A stretch of DNA of 64,000 nucleotides, taken from NCBI RefSeq assembly GCF_046119375.1, contig NW_027362767.1, positions 416,268,001-416,332,000 of the forward strand. Direction: 5' to 3'. This DNA comes from Phyllobates terribilis. Taxonomy: Eukaryota. Shown in pieces: positions 1 to 12,800 of this stretch. Under the pieces are notes generated by a model, which did no database searches, was not told the origin of the DNA, and saw nothing but the letters and a program-made list of their open reading frames with translations. Made by a program: the position numbers and the translations under genes. Within the stretch, counting starts at the first letter, position 1. Each line of letters starts with the position of its first letter.

Positions 1-1867
1 AAACACACTACAGGCTGATCCAACTTTGATGTAATGTCCTTAAAACAAGTCAAAATGAGGCTCAGTATTGTGTGTGGCCTCCACGTGCCTGTATGACTTC
101 CCTACAACGCCTGGGCATGCTCCTGATGAGGCTGAGTATTGTGTGTGGCCTCCACGTGCCTGTATGACTTCCCTACAACGCCTGGGCATGCTCCTGATGA
201 GGCTCAGTATTGTGTGTGGCCTCCACGTGCCTGTATGACCTCCCTACAACACCTGGGCATGCTCCTGATGAGGCTCAGTATTGTGTGTGGCCTCCACGTG
301 CCTGTATGACCTCCCTACAACACCTGGGCATGCTCCTGATGAGGCTCAGTATTGTGTGTGGCCTCCACGTGCCTGTATGACCTCCCTACAATGCCTGGGC
401 ATGCTCCTGATGAGGCTCAGTATTGTGTGTGGCCTCCACGTGCCTGTATGACCTCCCTACAATGCCTGGGCATGCTCCTGATGAGGCTGAGTATTGTGTG
501 TGGCCTCCACGTGCCTGTATGACCTCCCTACAACGCCTGGGCATGCTCCTGATGAGGTTGCGGATGGTCTCCTGTGGGATCTCCTCCCAGACCTGGACTA
601 AAGCATCCGCCAACTCCTGGACAGTCTGTGGTGCAACGTTACGTTGGTGGATGGAGCCAGACATGATGTCCCAGATGTGCTCAATCGGATTCAGGTCTGG
701 GGAACGGACGGCCAGTCCATAGCTTCAATGCCTTCATCTTGCAGGAACTTCTGACACACTCCAGCCACATGAGGTCTGGCATTGTCCTGCATTAGGAGGA
801 ACCCAGGGCCAACTGCACCAGCATATGGTCTCACAAGGGGTCTGAGGATCTCATCTCGATACCTAATGGCAGTCAGGCTACCTCTGGCGAGTACGGAGGG
901 CTGTGCGGCCCTCCAAAGAAATGCCACCCATCATTACTGACCCACTGCCAAACCGGTCATGCTGAAGGATGTTGCAGGCAGCAGATCGCTCTCCACGGCG
1001 TCTCCAGACTCTGTCACGTCTGTCACATGTGCTCAGTGTGAACCTGCTTTCATCTGTGAAGAGCACAGGGCACCAGTGGCGACTTTGCCAATCCTGGTGT
1101 TCTGTGGCAAATGCCAAGCGTCCTGCACGGTGTTGGGCTGTGAACACAACACCCATCTGTGGAAGTCGGGCCCTCAGAGTCGGTTTCTAACCGTTTGTGC
1201 AGACACATGCACATTTGTGGCCTGCTGGAGGTCATTTTGCAGGGCTCTGGCAGTGCTCCTCATGTTCCTCCTTGCACAAAGGCGGAGGTAGCGGTCCTGC
1301 TGCTGGGTTGTTGCCCTCCTACGGCCCCCTCCACATCTCCTGGTGTACTGGCCTGTCTCCTGGTATCGCCTCCAGCCTCTGGACACTACCCTGACAGACA
1401 CAACAAACCTTCTTGCCACAGCTCGCATTGATGTGCCATCCTGGAGGAGATCCCACAGGAGACCATCCGCAACCTCATCAGGAGCATGCCCAGGCGTTGT
1501 AGGGAGGTCATACAGGCACGTGGAGGCCACACACAATACTCAGCCTCATCAGGAGCATGCCCAGGCGTTGTAGGGAGGTCATACAGGCACGTGGAGACCA
1601 CACACAATACTCAGCCCATTGTGACTTGTTTTAAGGACATTACATCAAAGTTGGATCAGCCTGTAGTGTGTTTTTCCACTTTAATTTTGGGGGTGACTCC
1701 AAATCCAGGCCTCCATTGGTTAATAAATGTGATTTCCATTGATGATTTTTGTGTGATTTTGTTGTCAGCACATTCAACTTTGTACAGAGCAAAGTATTCA
1801 ATGAGAATATTTCATTCATTCAGATCTAGGATGTGTTATTTGAGTGTTCCCTTTATTCTTTTGAGCA

Positions 1868-1869
<2 letters not shown>
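1..1869 (-). mobile_element. Degenerate, rearranged Tc1/mariner transposon (left end outside window) in GNL1 intron 10
   Basis: Minus-strand frameshifted transposase fragments ([12 protein letters not shown]..., [45 protein letters not shown]...GGHTQY). Seven 71-bp tandem copies of the transposase 3' end at ~57-555. Bases 1445-1869 are an inverted copy of the 3' end, ending ...TTGAGCAGT followed by (TA)n. Confidence 0.9.

Positions 1870-1917
<48 letters not shown>
1869..1917. repeat. (TA)n(CA)n microsatellite at the Tc1 terminus
   Basis: Direct reading of the sequence. Confidence 0.95.
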
Positions 1918-1918
<1 letters not shown>

Positions 1919-1934
1919 GTATATAGCCACTTAC

Positions 1935-4900
1935 CTTCACAGATGCCCCATGCAGTCCAGCCCTGGTCTTGTCCATCTGGATGGTTCAGTTTCAGCAACC
2001 CGGGAACCGGTATCCGGCAGGACAGATATCCCACGGAGGTGTAAGGTTCCTGAATCTGAGCGATCGGGTAGATTCCCGCCAGCAGCTGGGAAAGTGAGAA
2101 AGGCACAGGACGCTTTAAGACATGAGCTGCATGTTCCTCTGAGCAGGTATCGGTCTGCGCTGACATTTATGACAAATTTTGGTGACTATGGCAGTAAGTG
2201 TCGAATTATGGTGGCCACATCCCTATATACGTCACATCTGATGGCTACGCCATAATCCGCACCGCTTGTGCAGGAAGGGGTTAATATGATCAGGACGTAT
2301 CCGCGCCTCGGATACAGATATTCACCTGCTGTTGCTTATCTATGAGTGAAGGGAAGATGAGGCCGGGGCAGTCGCAGAGACGCACGGTGGGGGTCAGGAA
2401 ATACGTCTGGAAGTATTTGGTGTGACCCGGCGTCCGGGAAACGCTGACGATCTTCTTTCCCACCAGTCCGTTGATCAGTGAAGACTTCCCCACATTTGGG
2501 AACCCTGGAAAATAAAAAAGCAGAGGTCGGAGACTATCTACACTCCGGCGGTGTCCTACCGTGACCCCTCTAAGGGACCTGGGGGGGGGCCCATGTCCCT
2601 CTGCTCACACTCCCCCGTTTGTTAAACTGCATTCAGGCATAATGGGAGAGGCGAGCTTTCAGTTTAGGGCAAGCAAGCCATTTGAAGAATTGCACACTGG
2701 GAAGTGAGGGAAAGGAAGTTCAAGCACCAATAGTGCTGACAGAATGCTGATGAAGTCAAAAAGCCTACAGAAAAAGACTGGATATCAAATTATAGAGCAG
2801 GGGAACACTGACAGTTCCTGATTATATACGACCAGTATGTGCACCAAAAGGAGTTGGGGGATGTGGGCAGCGACACCATGCCTTTGTACAGGATTTTTTT
2901 TGTTTGTTTTTTAAAGGAAAGGATTTTAAAATCTTGTACTATTCCTTTAAATGGACGATAAATGTAAAATTTCCATTTTTTTGCTTCCGTTATCATCCAA
3001 TTAAAGCTAGAGAGGGGCGGACTGTTGTGCTCTCCACTGGGATGACCCCCATATCCAGTGCTGGGCATTAACCCTCTCACCTCTTATACAGGGAGTCTCA
3101 TCCCAACAATCTCTTCTTTGTGAATGTGATTTGGGGATCCTCTGGTAATCAGCCAGCACCGCACGGAGAATATAGATACCGCACCGACTAATCACAGCGT
3201 GCCGACCAATAATACTAGAGACTCGCCTATAATCAGCACATCACGGAGCGATTCTCACCCACACATCCAATGCTCAGCACCCCGTCCTTATAGCGCTCCC
3301 TGCTGGGTGCCCCTAGTTCTGCGTCAGTGACCTGCTGGGCGACCACAACGTCCGTCTCGTCGGCCTCCTTCTCCTCTTCGTCTTCGTCCCTCCCTGCAGC
3401 GCTCAGCAGTACGGCCGAGTCTCTCTCAATCTTCTCTCTCCAGGACGTCAGGTCCACTGAGGGGAACATGGAGAAGGGTGAACATTCGGAGGAGCAGTCG
3501 GGTGGGCAGGACCCGGCCCAATATCGGGGGATATCGATGGAGGCCGGCGCCGGCCGTTTCATCTATTAATGAAGGTCTACATGATATACGTCGGGGAGGT
3601 CAGGACGTCATTACCGTTTCCAGCAGTGATGATCTCACAGGCCCGCAGGAGCTGATTTGGGCCCACAGCTGCGTTCCAAGCCCGACGCTTCTTCCTGCGC
3701 TTCTTAAACACTAATAGGAGTGAAGAGGAGACATGAAGACCAGACATTAATGGCATTTAAAGGGGATTTCCATGATGTTTTAAACGGTTATTCTCAGCAT
3801 TAGGATCGGGTCACACCAGCATATATTCTCTCATCTGAGAGGATTGGGTCGATTACGCAAATCACACCCTGATCACATTGTGCTCAGATTCTCTCGGATG
3901 AGAAGATAAAGAAAAAAATTTCTCCATCTTTCCCATTCTGTCAGTTCGTAGAAATCGGACTGCACTCAGATGTCATCCGAGTGCAGTCCGATGGTTTCCA
4001 CGCACTCAATGCGGTCCTAGAAGAAAAAAAAATCTGACATGTGCATGAGCCCTTAAAATAAGTAATCATCTATTCCCAGGATAGACGACAAGCTGCTGGG
4101 ACCCCCATCAATCCAGAGAACAGGGCCGAGTGCTGCACTCTGCTATGTCAGCAGTCAGACCCCCACAGATTCCCTTGGTTACTGGAAAATATTGGAGACA
4201 AGTCCGATTCTGATCCGAGAATTTAATCTATGGTGCCGATTTTCATGGACTGTCAGAAAGGAGAAAGCAGAGAAACTTTTTTTTTCTCCATGTACGAGAA
4301 AAACTGATGACGCTCGGACCGAACTCGGATCTGAATAATTGGTCCATTTTTCCCATATGTGGAAAATACTGAAGTCTGAACAAGCCCCTAGTCTTACCGG
4401 CAGATGGGTCTTGCTCCTCGTCGGGATGTCTTGGGTAGGAGGTGAAGCAGACCAAATGGACTTGTGGGAATTTCTCCTGAAAATAATGCTTCCAAGCTAC
4501 AACCAGAGCCGGCGGGGCCAGGTCAATCTTATTGAGCACGAGGATCAATGATCGGCCCAGTTCCTGAGTCACGTAGTCGTAGAGGGCCGGGGAGAAATGT
4601 AACACCTGCAAGAGAGAACACGTAGGATAGCCGTCAGCTTACCCGAGCCTCCGCATACAATGTGTCACGCCTTGTGATGAGGGGAACGATTGCGAATTAA
4701 AAATAAAAGGCAGACCTGTCCCTTTAAACCTCTATATAATTTCCGTGCCCAGATGCACAGCGTCCATGATACTGACCGGGTGTCGGATGTCTGTTATCAG
4801 GAGGACTATGTCGGACATTTCCAGGACTCTCCAGAGTTGGCGCCAAGTCTAAAAAAATGAACAAATCAAAAGTTGACAAAACTTTCCAAATACTTTCATG

Positions 4901-7900
4901 CAACAAATGTAACTTAGTTTTAGCATTTTTTTTTTATCTATTGGTGGGCTATTAACAAGTTGTAGCGACGGCGAGGGCTTGTTGGAATGGGAATGTCCCT
5001 TTAACAGTAATTATATGGCCACTTTCTCACCTCCAGGTTGTGATCGAAGTAGCTGAGTTCTTGGGGTGTGTGCTTGTCATAGATCTTCTGCAGATATTCC
5101 CTGAAGGCCCGCTCCTCCTGGGACAGGACGGCCTCCTTGCTCATCTCGTAGCTCCAGGCCGGTCTTTTAGGGAAGTCCAGCACTGAGAGGAAACACAAAT
5201 GGCGGCATATTTGTTACTCCCATGTCCCATAATAACCCGCGCTCCTCCCCGAATGGCCATCGCTCCTCCCCGAATGGCCGTCGCTCCTCCCAGAATGGCC
5301 GTCGCCCCTCCCAGAATAACCGTCGCCCCTCCCAGAATAACCCTCGATCCTCCCAGAATAACCCTCGATCCTCCCAGAATAACCCTCGATCCTCCCAGAA
5401 TAACCCTCGATCCTCCCAGAATAACAGTCGCCCCTCCCAGAATAACAGTCGCCCCTCCCAGAATAACCCGCGATCCTCCCAGAATAACCCGCGATCCTCC
5501 CAGAATAACCCTCGATCCTCCCAGAATAACCCTCGATCCTCCCAGAATAACCGTCGCCCCTCCCAGAATAACAGTCGCCCCTCCCAGAATAACAGTCGCC
5601 CCTCCCAGAATAACCCGCGATCCTCCCAGAATAACCCTCGATCCTCCCAGAATAACCCTCGATCCTCCCAGAATAACCATCGCCCCTCCCAGAATAACCA
5701 TCGTCCCCCCCAGAATAGCCCTCGTTCCTCCCCTAATAACCCTCGTTCCTCCCCAAATAATCCTCGTTCCTCCCAGAATAACCCTCATTTCTGCCCTAAT
5801 AACCATCGTTCCTCTGCTAATTAGATGTGGCAATATTAAGCAACGTTGTCGGCAGCTCATTGCCCCGTGTAAACCAGCGGATGTGCTGCCGACAACATGG
5901 TGACTGTATGGGGATTGACTGTCTGCATTAGCCATTGTTCTGCCCCCATGTACACAGGACCATAAATCAGCACCTGATGGACTTGTATATAGTGTATACG
6001 CTCACTATGAGCAGAAATCAGCTGATGCAAATAGGCCTTAAGGCAGGAACTGATAGTATAATGTAAAACAATTAATACAGTAAAATATTAAAAATACAAA
6101 AAAAAAAAGTGGATAAAATTTGTTTAAAAAACAATAATTAAATAATGAAAAATACATATGATATATCACAGAATTACAGTTTTCAGATCACCCTAAGCCC
6201 CAAAAATGGTAAAAAAAGCAAACAAAAATGGTCTGTACCAAGTTGTCCTACAAAAAAAAACGAGTCTTTGTGATTTTCAAGTCTGTCTTTTCAAAAATAA
6301 AAAATAATAAAAATACAATAAAAAATTATTTGAGGCACTACACTTACATAGATCTTTCCCTATCAAAAAGCAGCTAAAAATAATAAAAAAATAAAAATAC
6401 ACCAAGCCAGGTGAGGAGCAGCAGAGGCACGGCAGTTATTAGAAGGGGATTAATTAGGTAAGTTTAGGTCGTTTTGTTATTTTTTGGGCATTTATTACTT
6501 TTAAGTAAATGGTTGTTGAACCTTTTAAACAATTGGTTCTACAAAAAAAATAAACACAGCAGCAGCCGCCGCCGCCATCCATTGACCCGGAGAGCTTCTG
6601 TGCAGGCTTTAAAGGTGGTTTTCCCTAGGAAACCAACCACCTCTGAGTCTGGTGACCGGTAACCTAAGAAACAAACTGTACACGATAGAATTAAAAATCC
6701 CTCTTTTTTGGGGAATGGAGATTATTTTTAATAAGAGGTAAGTTTATTACTTATTAATTATGCTTTGCTTAAATAGCGCCATTAATTCCACAGCGCTTTA
6801 CATACATTATATTATCACTGTCCCCATTGGGGCTCACAATCTAGATTCTCTATCAGTATGTCTATGGAGTGTGGGAGGAAACAGGAGAACCCGGAGGAAA
6901 CCCACAGAAACACGGGGAGAACATACAAACTCCTTGCAGATGTTGTCCTTGGTGGGATTTGAACCCAGGACCCCAGCACTGCAAGGCTGCAGTGCTAACT
7001 ACTGAGCCACAGTGCTAACCACTAAGCCACCATGCTAACCATTGAGCCACTGTGCTGCCAAAAGTTGCTTTTTTTTCTCAAGCACCTTGCAATAACCGGT
7101 CTCATTTATTCCTCCAGCAGTTCAAGTGACTGCTGACTACACACTAGACTCTCAATCTACACAGAAAACCCCAAAGTTGCAGAGTGCTCTAGTGGCCAAT
7201 GTGAGAACTGCAATCTTTCTATACTTCTACATTTAGATGAAATCCTGGACGCTGTGAGCGACCATTGGAATAATCGCTGACTGATGCCCTGGAATGTCCT
7301 CGCTCAGCACCAAGCACTCGCACACCGCAGGCATTGTGTCCGTGCTCCTATGTAACTGCTGACACGAGTCGCACGTTTATACAAAAGCGCCATGTGTAAC
7401 CCTTTCAGCCCCGTCCTGCTAAGTTTTCTTTAACCCCTCAACGACATGATTTTACGCACCTGGCCGTTTACCAGCTCTAAATTTTTTTCAATTTTTGGGA
7501 TATCATAAAACCCTTCTGCGGTGACATCAGGTCTTAGTCTGTTCTGTGAGTATCACATCATCACCAGGACCAAAAGTAAAGAAGATCAGAACGCCCATGG
7601 AGAACTGCATTTCCCTGCAGCTGCTCACACTCATAAACTAAATAATTGACATTGTAGATCTTATAGAAAAGAGTTGCTGAACATGCAATTTCGCAATACA
7701 ATCTATAAAATGGATCCAATCGAGAACACTCCTGATTCTGTGAAATGTGAATGAAGACCTTGCTATAGGGGCACAGACGGGGGTAGGACGCGTTACCTGA
7801 GCCCGGCCTGTAGATCTTCTCTATATCCACTTCAAGTTCTGTCTCTGCCACTGGCTCCAATATCTTCTCCAAAGCAAGTTTCTTCCTGCGCTCAATTTCT

Positions 7901-8952
7901 TCTTTGCTTTCTCTATCAAACTGCAGCCTATACCTGTAAAAGTGATGCAATGAGGGCATTATGTAGAGGCGGCAGATAAAAGGGGTTTACCGGTCCCCCA
8001 TCCGGCTGCAGTATGTTTAAAAAAAAACCAAAACTTGTGCTTTACCCTATTTGGATCCAGCGCTGAGTCTCCGCCGCTACTCCTAGTGTCTGTTATTGTC
8101 TGCAGTGCTGACAAAGCTTCAGCCAATCAGTGGGTTCAGCGGCTCATGCGTCTACTCGGCAAGAGCTGCTGAAATTGGCTGCTGGGTTGGCTGCAGCGCT
8201 GTCAACGTGATGTCAGCACTGCAGACAATAACAGACCCTGGAGACTCAGCGCTGGACCTGGTAAAACCTTTTTTTTTCTAAAACCAAATGCAGCGGGAGG
8301 ACATGGAAACCCCTTGAAAGTGAACCTGTCTTTTGGGGGCCAGGACTCGGCCCTACAGCAATCTTATATCAATGGTCTGTCCTAATGAAACACAATCAAT
8401 ATTATAGACCCCTGAAGCATATTTTTAGTGCACATTTTTATGGCGGACCTGTTGGGGTCATATCCTTTTTCTCCCGGCCTGAAGACTTGCGGCTGCTGGT
8501 TGACTCTCCTCACTTGGGGGCGGACGCTCTCGCTGTCGGACGTGTCCGTGTTCTCCTCGCCACGTTCTCTGCTCTGGCTTCGGCTGTTTGACTCGGACCT
8601 GCCGGCGTCAAGTGGCCCTGGCAATAAAAGAATAAGGAACAGGGTGCATGTTATATTCATGTGACCGTCACTGATACATTGTAACGACACATCTGTGTTA
8701 CATATCGCTGTCTGGGCTGGACACAACCTTAGTGAATTTCATTAACGGGTGTGCACAGGGGTTTGTAGCATCAGGATGTAAACAGTTCAGCTCGCATTCA
8801 CTGACAGCAAGCAGAGATCCTGAAGCCGGCGGCCAGTCCTTCCAATCTCCAGCTGGAAAGCTTTGATGGTGATACGTACCGCGCTTCCGCTCTCGACGGT
8901 CCTGGAGCTGCTTCTTTTTCTGCTTGTTGCTAAACGGCTTCTTTCGAGGCAT
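1935..8952 (-). CDS. GNL1: Guanine nucleotide-binding protein-like 1 (circularly permuted GTPase), exons 1-10; 3' exons lie left of the window
   Basis: GT-AG exons with consistent phases: 8952-8880, 8617-8449, 7933-7797, 5182-5031, 4848-4777, 4605-4398, 3710-3615, 3456-3259, 2504-2326, 2085-1935 (1435 nt). Translation includes MPRKKPFSNKQKKKQLQDRRERKRG, TWRQLWRVLEMSDIVLLITDIRHP, G4 NKID, G1 GFPNVGKS, SRTPGHTK and G3 DCPG, in the permuted G4-G1-G2-G3 order. Confidence 0.97.
5222..5812. repeat. 21-bp minisatellite (~28 copies, CCTCCCAGAATAACCCTCGAT-like) in GNL1 intron 3
   Basis: Direct tandem periodicity; explains the PPRITLD ORFs in the track. Confidence 0.95.
6745..7059 (-). mobile_element. 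tRNA-derived SINE with triplicated A-box head
   Basis: Minus strand reads GGCAGCACAGTGGCTCAATGGTTAGCA...GTGGCTCAGTAGTTAGCACTG (A box) and GGTTCAAATCC (B box), then a body and an A/T-rich tail. Confidence 0.85.
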
Positions 8953-9820
8953 TTTTCGTTTTCATAGACCCAAGATTTGGGGTCCGACTGTCGGATAACG
9001 AGGGTCTGACCGCTGATCCCTGGTGTGGACTGATACTAATATGGACTCCGTCTGCTAGGACATCATCTCACGGTCAAAACCAACTCTAGTTCTGGACTGA
9101 AGAAATGATTCACTTTCTAAGCCCCTTAGTTCATCTCTGCCTCTGCCCCCACTGCTGGTTTTCCAGGGTCAGCCCTCCTACTGCAAGGATCCCCTAACAA
9201 AAGCGTTTTGTCTCCCCTCTATGGAGCCAGTCTCCTCTAAGGCCCCTTCTACAGGCGCAGGTAACAGCCCTGCATTCCCAGGCAAGAACTAAGCAGAACA
9301 ATGTGCTTCTCTCTGCCCCTAGCAACAGGAAATGCCCGTTGTGCGTTTCACGCCTCGAACCTGCCACATATCAGCCAATAATCACACAGTATGTGTGTCA
9401 CGCCTCGATGTGAAGTTACGATTGACCAATGAGAACAAGCCGATTTACGATTTCCGGTCAAATGATGTTAGTCAGCCAATGACAGGGCAGGGACGCCTTG
9501 CGATTCAAGCCTCGTATTTTTGGTAGTGACTGGGGAGTGGTTAAGGGTGAGTCACGCCTCGTTTTAAGTGAGCATCCAAGCAATCAGGAACTGACGACCT
9601 TTGCTTCACCCAAATCTTAACCAATGGCGTGCGTTCTATCAGAATAGGGAATGGGTAATGTAACGTGTGTCCTGATTGGTTTAATGGATTCTTAGGGGGC
9701 CGGGCTTCTGTACGGGCCGGTAGATTGGGCTTCGCCACGTGAGTAAGCGGGTTTTTTCTTGACATCAAGGGACGGCGGTGACATCATCTGTAGAAGGAGC
9801 TTCTCCCTGACAGTACAAGG
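8953..9820. promoter_or_regulatory. Bidirectional GNL1/ABCF1 promoter with a CCAAT (NF-Y) cluster and an E-box
   Basis: Divergent ATGs 868 bp apart. CCAAT at 9375, 9426, 9476, 9621; ATTGG at 9675, 9724; CACGTG near 9736. Confidence 0.75.
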
Positions 9821-12800
9821 ATGCCGAGGAAGCAAGATGTGGAGGACGAGGAGAAGGGGAAGGAGGCAGGTGAGCCCCAGCCTGGATGGAGGGAGGAGGG
9901 CTGTGACTGCAGGTATTCCCCTGGCTCCCATAGGAAAGCATCTAGATACACAGTTTATTTAGTGGCAGCGGCACTTATTGTTCTGGTCCAGTACAAGGGA
10001 GGAGACCTGAGGACGCAGCAGGCACCATATAGTCCTGGAAAACGGTCTGACCATGGTGAAGTCACATGACCTGATGGCGCCAGGGACGGAGGTGCTAAAA
10101 GGGACCGGTCACCGGGCGAAACGTATCCTGTCTTTACTCTTTTATTTATTCCCGCTGCATCCCTGACTGTCATTCAAAATCCGCCATACGGTTCCTGAGA
10201 TCGGGGCCTTTTTAGTAAGTGCTCCTATTTTTCATGGGGACGTGGCTGAGTAGTTTATACAGAGCAGCCTAAAGACACGCCCCAGAGGACCTGTGAGCCA
10301 TGCCCCCTATCAGCCTAAAGGCACGCCCCAGAGGACCTGTGAGCCACGCCCCAGAGGACCTGTGAGCCACGCCCCCTATCAGCCTAAAGACACGCCCCGG
10401 AGGACCTGTGATCCACGTCCCCTATCAGCCTAAAGACACGCCCCGGAGGACCTGTGATCCACGCCCCCTATCAGCCTAAAGACACGCCCCGGAGGACCTG
10501 TGATCCACGCCCCCTATCAGCCTAAAGACACGCCCCGGAGGACCTGTGATCCACGCCCCAGAGGACACTGAGAGCCACATCCCCTATCAGCCTAAAGGCA
10601 TGCCCCAGAGGGCCCTGTGTGCTCCACCCATTATCAGCCTAAGGACGCCCCAGAGAACCTGTGAGGCACACCCCTATCAGCCTACAGACACGCCCCAGAA
10701 GACCTGTGAGCCACGCCCCAGAGGACCAGTGAGCCACACCCTATCAGCCTAAAGACACGCCCCTGAGGACCTGTGAGCCACGCCCCAAAGGAAACTGAGC
10801 CACACCCCCTATCAGCCTAAAGACACGTCCCAGAGGACCTGTGAGCCACACACCCTATCAGCCTAAAGACACGCCCCAGAGGACCTGTGAGCCACGCCTC
10901 AAAGGACACTGTGAGCCACACCCCCTATCAGCCTAAAGACACGCCCCAGAGGACCTGTGAGCCACGCCCCAAAGGACACTGAGCCACACCCCCTATCAGC
11001 CTACAGACACGCCCAGAGGATCTTGGTAGCCATACCCCCTATCAGGCTAAAGACACGCCCCAGATAACCTGTGAGCCACACCCCCTATCAGCCTACAGAC
11101 ACGCCCAGAGGATCTGTGAGCCACACACGGGATAAAATAAGCAAAAACTGTCTACTTTCCCCCCACTATCAGGTCCCCTTTAAAGAAGTCTAGCGCCAAT
11201 GTTATATCATTTTATGGGGGTCTGACTTCTGGGACCAGCTTGGATCCTGATAATGGACGGGCTGGAGACCTGACAGAAGCCCAGAATCTGAATCACTGCT
11301 GTCCCCTTTAATCACCATACAGTGAGGAGCGCTGGCGACATCCCATCACTTTATAACATGGGAATCGCTTTATAAAGGGGTAATAGACTGATCACGTTTT
11401 CAGGGTAAATCATTAATATCCTAATAATGGAGAACTCCTGCCGCCCCACCGATATCTGTCAGCTCCGGCAGCACGTGCATATAACAGCAAGCAGCTCTGT
11501 GTAGTGGTCGCTGCCGAGGACTGCAGATTGCAGATTGGCTCCATACACTGTGCACAGTGAGCTGCCACTGAGCTAATAGCAGCTGATCGTGGGGGTGCCA
11601 GGTGTTGGACCCTCTAAACAGTGGCTGGTGCTGTAGCTGGTAAGCCATGACTCAATGCTTATCAGTGGGGGCTGCAGGGATTCAGGCCTCAGGGGCTGCA
11701 CACCGCGTTGATGTCCATGCCGGGCATGGGAACAGCCTCCGCTCAGGGCTGGAGAGCAGGGAGACTGCGCTGTACGGGCATCAGCCGCAATGTTCCCCTC
11801 CACAGTGAGTGTCTGAGACATTTGGGAAATCGCTTAAACTACAATTCCTGTGCATATTATTATGGGGAATGGTCCTTATCAAGGTGGGCATGTTCTTGTG
11901 CTGCAGGGCTATCGGGGGACTTTATGTACAGACACTCGGGGGAGGGGCTGTTATGTCGATCACATGATTGCCGCCTGTCAGCAGGATTCAGGCAGATAAC
12001 GCTGCAATGTCATTCTTTGACTTTTTTTTTTTTTTTTTACTTTCAGATAAGGTGGTGAAGAAAGGAAAGAAAGACAAGAAGGGAAAGAAATCGGTAACTT
12101 CTAACCTTTTATTGTTGATTTTCTTTTAAAATTCTGGATAAAATAAATACTGGCCTCCACCACAAATGGTTAATCAGTCAGAGGCCGTCCTGTGACCACA
12201 GCGCAGTCGGTGGGAGCTGCACACGGCGGCGGCAGTAGTACATGCGGCCGGTGGGATCTGCACACGGCGGCGGCAGTAGTACATGCGGCCGGTGGGATCT
12301 GCACACGGCGGCGGCAGTAGTACATGCGGCCGGTGGGATCTGCACACGGCGGCGGCAGTAGTACATGCGGCCGGTGGGATCTGCACACGGCGGCGGCAGT
12401 AGTACATGCGGCCGGTGGGATCTGCACACGGCGGCGGCAGTAGTACATGCGGCCGGTGGGATCTGCACACGGCGGCGGCAGTAGTACATGCGGCCGGTGG
12501 GATCTGCACACGGCGGCGGCAGTAGTACATGCGGCCGGTGGGATCTGCACACGGCGGCGGCAGTAGTACATGCGGCCGGTGGGATCTGCACACGGCGGCG
12601 GCAGTAGTACATGCGGCCGGTGGGAGCTGCACACGGCGGCGGCAGTAGTACATGCGGCCGGTGGGAGCTGCACACGGCGGCGGCAGTAGTACATGCGGCC
12701 GGTGGGAGCTGCACACGGCGGCGGCAGTAGTACATGCGGCCGGTGGGAGCTGCACACGGCGGCGGCAGTAGTACATGCGGCCGGTGGGAGCTGCACACGG

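Noticed and set aside
5141-5935. 200-264 aa ORFs (PPRITLD / ILGGSRV repeats)
   Set aside because: Artefacts of the 21-bp array in GNL1 intron 3.
9759-9962. Alternative upstream ATG ORF overlapping ABCF1 exon 1
   Set aside because: Different frame from the ATG at 9821, which splices in phase to [11 protein letters not shown]; at most a possible overlapping uORF.
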